DNA from: an uncultured virus (IMG/VR IMGVR_UViG_3300027542_000007)
Lineage: Duplodnaviria > Heunggongvirae > Uroviricota > Caudoviricetes
IMG/VR virus record: IMGVR_UViG_3300027542_000007
Coordinates: 54,860 to 74,859 of that record
Reading direction: 5' to 3' (one strand)
Length of the DNA stretch: 20,000 bases
In this document: positions 16,631 to 20,000 of the stretch, piece after piece
Numbering within the stretch: the stretch's first letter is position 1
How the letters are laid out: every line of letters starts with the position of its first letter
The notes under the pieces: generated by a model
What the model was told of the DNA's origin: nothing
Database searches by the model: none
Seen by the model: the letters and a program-made list of their open reading frames with translations, nothing else
Program-made: the position numbers and the translations under genes

Positions 16631-16644
16631 AACTTATCATTAAA
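16631..16644 (+). promoter_or_regulatory. variant late-type promoter AACT-N6-TAAA
   Basis: AACT-TATCAT-TAAA between the early box and RBS AAGGAGG. Confidence 0.4.
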
Positions 16645-16665
16645 TCACTAAGGAGGTAATTAGAA

Positions 16666-17415
16666 ATGGCATTAGGTAATGCAGACAACAATTCAAGAAA
16701 CAATAATGGGCCGGTAGTATTTTCATCTTATAACGCCGGAAACAGTACAGGAATGGATCCATCATCGATAAATTATACATTTATCAATCGTATGCTTAAA
16801 ATTGCAATCGCACCTCTTAAACAGGATAACGGCAGCGAAATAGCATATGACCATAAGAATGAAGCGTCTATATGGATCACACATACAAAGGCCAGGACTC
16901 TACTTAAGGAAATAAGAAGAGTTCAGAGTGGCGAAATCAAGAATGGAGGAGTTAACTCTGGAAAAGATGGACTTATTCGATTCTGCAATGGAGAAGAATT
17001 CGGTATCGATGGTCCGTGCCTTGTAATCAATAAGCTCAATGAAAATGGAGAGGTGCTGTCTACGTATATGTATCAATTCAAGAAAAAGCACCATTATGGT
17101 ATTGAAAACTTCAGCCAGGAAGATTCTAAACATAAGAAAGTGTATTATGATGATACAGAAGTAGAACAGCTTTGTGATCTTCTTGAGGAATACTATAAAG
17201 CTATGAGCGGCGGGCCGGCTTATGCGATTATGGATGCTCAGTCATTTACTCAGACCCGTCAAGAAACTAAACTTGATCTGGTTATGAGTAAACTTGGAAT
17301 CGAATACAGGCAGGGGACTACATCTCGATCATCTTCGCAGCAGTCATTCTTCAATAATAATTCTTCCGAGCAGGGAAGAAGTATGAGGTCATCGGCAATA
17401 GAAGACCTCGAATAG
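16666..17415 (+). CDS. highly expressed hypothetical protein, possibly ssDNA-binding (249 aa)
   Basis: Strong RBS, capsid-like codon bias and own terminator; beta-rich core, S/N/Q-rich linker and acidic end (IEDLE), an SSB-like architecture. Family not recognised. Confidence 0.55.
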   Translation: MALGNADNNSRNNNGPVVFSSYNAGNSTGMDPSSINYTFINRMLKIAIAPLKQDNGSEIAYDHKNEASIWITHTKARTLLKEIRRVQSGEIKNGGVNSGKDGLIRFCNGEEFGIDGPCLVINKLNENGEVLSTYMYQFKKKHHYGIENFSQEDSKHKKVYYDDTEVEQLCDLLEEYYKAMSGGPAYAIMDAQSFTQTRQETKLDLVMSKLGIEYRQGTTSRSSSQQSFFNNNSSEQGRSMRSSAIEDLE

Positions 17416-17429
17416 ATGATATCAATCAT

Positions 17430-17456
17430 AGGGGTGCAGGTTTATCTTGCACTCCT
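17430..17456 (+). terminator. terminator-like hairpin
   Basis: AGGGGTGCAGG-TTTAT-CTTGCACTCCT (2 G-U pairs), then TAAAATTTTTT. Confidence 0.7.
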
Positions 17457-17476
17457 TAAAATTTTTTGGAGGAAAA

Positions 17477-18127
17477 ATGGAAAAAATATATATACCTTCT
17501 AATATGCTCTTAGATTTAGACCATGGATTATGCCGTATGTTAACCATAGCTTCTAATCAAGCAGTAGACGTGAATAGAATAAATTCCATTCTTAACAAAA
17601 GACAAAACCCATGCCCAATTGAGGAATTTATTATACAGTATCCAATAGTAAAATTAAATGGTTTAACCTCAGATTCATATCCGTGGCTAATGAATAACCA
17701 TGGGGATATGATTATTAGCCTGTCACCATTTCATGGACCAATACTTAATATAGTCTCCACTGCTATTATAAGTGGACTATCTGGAGAAGTTCAATTTGTA
17801 ATTGGATACGATAAAGACAAAGAAAATGATGTCTTAGAAAACTTAACCAGAGACTCAAAAATTCTATCATCGTCTAAGATAATTATTCCTAGAGAACACA
17901 ATAAAAGTATAAATCTTAATGAGTTTGATACTATATTCGTTAAAGTTTTAGATGAAAATGTTTTAAGAAGATTTTCAGATGAAAACATAACCATGAAAAA
18001 AATATATGTAGCAGACTATGATTTTAACGTCATACAAGATGACAATGGAAAGAGAGTAATACCATTAGAATATATGATGGAATTTGAAAAATTAGGCTGC
18101 GTAGTATATACGATATCAATGTATTAA
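17477..18127 (+). CDS. hypothetical protein (216 aa)
   Basis: Start moved to ATG 17477 (RBS GGAGG); the upstream in-frame part is the hairpin; alpha/beta pattern, no confident family. Confidence 0.75.
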   Translation: MEKIYIPSNMLLDLDHGLCRMLTIASNQAVDVNRINSILNKRQNPCPIEEFIIQYPIVKLNGLTSDSYPWLMNNHGDMIISLSPFHGPILNIVSTAIISGLSGEVQFVIGYDKDKENDVLENLTRDSKILSSSKIIIPREHNKSINLNEFDTIFVKVLDENVLRRFSDENITMKKIYVADYDFNVIQDDNGKRVIPLEYMMEFEKLGCVVYTISMY

Positions 18128-18140
18128 GGAGGAAAACAAA

Positions 18141-19880
18141 ATGGATATGAGATATACTAATATTGTTTCAAAAAATAAATTAAGAGAGGTGCAATTAGAT
18201 ACACTTCAGGTACTTGCCGATGCTGTTTCTCAAACTGCGGGTCCTTATGGTTCTAATACCCAGATACTTAAGCAGGGGTACGCTAATACGTATACTAAGG
18301 ATGGACACGATGTAATATCAGATATTCAGTTTTATCGACCTATTGAAGCGGGTATTCAGAAAGAGATGAAGGAGATCACCAGATACATTGTAAAGTCCGT
18401 AGGAGACGGAACCACTTCGGCAGTTATCCTGGCTTACAATATATTTAAAGGACTGTGTGATATTGAAAAAGAAAATCACGCTAGACCGTATCTGCTTATA
18501 CGCCTGTTTCAAAAGGTTGTTAATAGCATGATTGAAAAGATTAAAACTAATACAAGAGAATGTACTATTGATGACATCTATGATATATGCATGACTTCTA
18601 CAAATGGGAATGAAGATGTTTCCAATGCGATTACTCAGATCTATCAAAAGTTCGGAAGAGGAGTTTTCATTGACGTAGCAGCATCTATGGATGAACATCA
18701 TCGTCTAAAAGAGTACGATGGTTTAACTCTTGGTAAAGGGTTTGCTTCTCCGGCGTTTATCAACACCCCGGATGGTAAATGCAAGATTCATAAACCGCGC
18801 ATCTATTCATTCAAAGATAATATTGATGATGAAAATATGGTAGAGCTTTTCAAGGCAATCATATACTATAACATTCAGCAGCCAATGATGAATGGAGATT
18901 ATGATTCCTATGTTCCTACAGTTATTCTGGTGCCAAGTGTTACACGAGACATTCAGCAATGGCTCAAGGATATTGAGTTGATGATGTACAGTGCTGATGA
19001 GAATAAAATTCCAAAGCCGCCGCTTTGTATTGTGGCTCAATCAAACACTGTACAATTTCAATTAGATGATATTGTTACATTATGCGGTATTCCAGAAATC
19101 GGAAAGTATATTAATCCAGATATATATAAGAGAGATGTAGAGGAAGGAAAAGCTGCCACCATAGAAAATGTATATAAATTCTGTGGAACCGCAGAAGAAT
19201 TTGTTTCCGATATCTCTAATTCAAGCTTTATCAGGCCAGGGAAAATGTTTGAAACCGACGAAAACGGAAAGGAAGTTTATTCTTCTGTATATAAGGGATT
19301 GATTAATTTCTGTAAAAAGGAATTAAAGAATGCTCAGGATAACATGGAAGATGCTAATGTTACTGGTAACCTTAAGAGGAGACTTAATTCTCTTCAAGTT
19401 AACTTCGTAGAGTATTTTATCGGAGGAGTAACAGTAACAGATAGAGATTCATTAAGAGCTTCCGTCGAAGATGCCGTTCTCAACTGTAGATCCGCAATGA
19501 AAGATGGCGTAGGTTACGGTGCTAATGTCGAAGGATTACGATCCATTATTGAAGTGAAAAAGTTTGATGAGAAAGAACATCGGTTAGAAAGAAATATAGA
19601 GAATATTATCTATGAAGCATATAAGGAAACGATAACAAATCTTTATAAAACCTGTGTAGATGAGGACGAGGCACATGATTATTGCGGGACAACACAAGAC
19701 AAATATATGCCTCTTAACCTTGCAACTATGAGGTATGATGGAAAAGTGTTAACTTCCGCGATGACAGATATAGCTATTCTTGAAGCTATAAGTAAAGTTA
19801 TAACTATCATGGTTACAGCAAATCAGTGTCTACTCCCATCGGCAAATCAAAATGTCTATAGAGACGAAGACGGTAACTAA
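18141..19880 (+). CDS. groEL: phage-encoded GroEL-like chaperonin
   Basis: TAGPYG, TKDG, GDGTTSAVILA and VEDAVLNCRSAMKDGVGYG motifs; 579 aa; divergent apical domain and no GGM tail. Confidence 0.92.
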   Translation: MDMRYTNIVSKNKLREVQLDTLQVLADAVSQTAGPYGSNTQILKQGYANTYTKDGHDVISDIQFYRPIEAGIQKEMKEITRYIVKSVGDGTTSAVILAYNIFKGLCDIEKENHARPYLLIRLFQKVVNSMIEKIKTNTRECTIDDIYDICMTSTNGNEDVSNAITQIYQKFGRGVFIDVAASMDEHHRLKEYDGLTLGKGFASPAFINTPDGKCKIHKPRIYSFKDNIDDENMVELFKAIIYYNIQQPMMNGDYDSYVPTVILVPSVTRDIQQWLKDIELMMYSADENKIPKPPLCIVAQSNTVQFQLDDIVTLCGIPEIGKYINPDIYKRDVEEGKAATIENVYKFCGTAEEFVSDISNSSFIRPGKMFETDENGKEVYSSVYKGLINFCKKELKNAQDNMEDANVTGNLKRRLNSLQVNFVEYFIGGVTVTDRDSLRASVEDAVLNCRSAMKDGVGYGANVEGLRSIIEVKKFDEKEHRLERNIENIIYEAYKETITNLYKTCVDEDEAHDYCGTTQDKYMPLNLATMRYDGKVLTSAMTDIAILEAISKVITIMVTANQCLLPSANQNVYRDEDGN

Positions 19881-19891
19881 ATTAAAGTATA

Positions 19892-19915
19892 GGGATGCCA
19901 GATTCTTGACATCCC
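19892..19915 (+). terminator. imperfect terminator-like hairpin
   Basis: GGGATGCCAG-ATTC-TTGACATCCC (one mismatch) followed by ATTATTTTTT. Confidence 0.6.
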
Positions 19916-19939
19916 ATTATTTTTTAAGGAGGAATAAAA

Positions 19940-20000
19940 ATGCCAAATTGGTGCTGTGGAAAGGTTAGATTTTATGGCGCAAAACAAAATGTACAGCGAT
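19940..20000 (+). CDS. 5' end of an MPNWC-type protein (YubB/DUF1281-like N-terminus), truncated by the window
   Basis: RBS AAGGAGG; MPNWCCGKVRFYGAKQNVQR. Confidence 0.65.
   Translation, partial: MPNWCCGKVRFYGAKQNVQR

Noticed and set aside
17477..17560. HAD-like DxD (LLDLDHGL) in the 216-aa protein
   Set aside because: No other HAD motifs could be identified, so a phosphatase call is not supported.
1..20000. Stop-codon reassignment as seen in some gut jumbo phages
   Set aside because: Genes are full-length under code 11, and TAG/TGA stops are directly followed by terminators or new RBSs (e.g. 653, 3100, 4203, 14986, 17415).
1..20000. tRNA, CRISPR array, intron/intein or DGR
   Set aside because: No cloverleaf, spaced direct-repeat array, RT or homing endonuclease, or intein-sized insertion was seen; the 12714 RNA lacks tRNA T/D-arm motifs.

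Overview
AT-rich (genetic code 11) segment of a large tailed (jumbo-type) phage that most likely infects a Firmicute. The strong AAGGAGG Shine-Dalgarno sites and clostridial-type cell-wall domains and holin point to Clostridia/Lachnospiraceae. It carries an SF2 (UvsW-like) helicase and a head module: T4 gp13-like neck protein and gp21-like prohead protease on the minus strand, and a large internal-head-like protein, acidic scaffold-like protein and probable major capsid protein on the plus strand. It also carries a membrane/lysis cluster (two holin-like genes, a 2-TM extracellular-domain protein, an apparently catalytically dead GH73 lysin), a DUF5662-like HD protein and a phage GroEL-like chaperonin. 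Two phage-specific promoter classes are readable directly: AACA-N6(7)-TAA before structural/lysis genes (like the AR9 non-virion RNAP late consensus) and a 19/20-identical TTATATATTATATWCATGAA box before non-structural operons (like phiKZ-type early promoters). The most novel element is an unannotated ~120-nt transcription unit (12714-12833) with its own late promoter, an 18-bp G-U-rich stem starting at the predicted +1, an anti-Shine-Dalgarno/anti-AUG segment and an intrinsic terminator. It is exactly antisense to a 21-codon ORF with a perfect RBS. All functional calls come from motif recognition by eye; no database searches were run.
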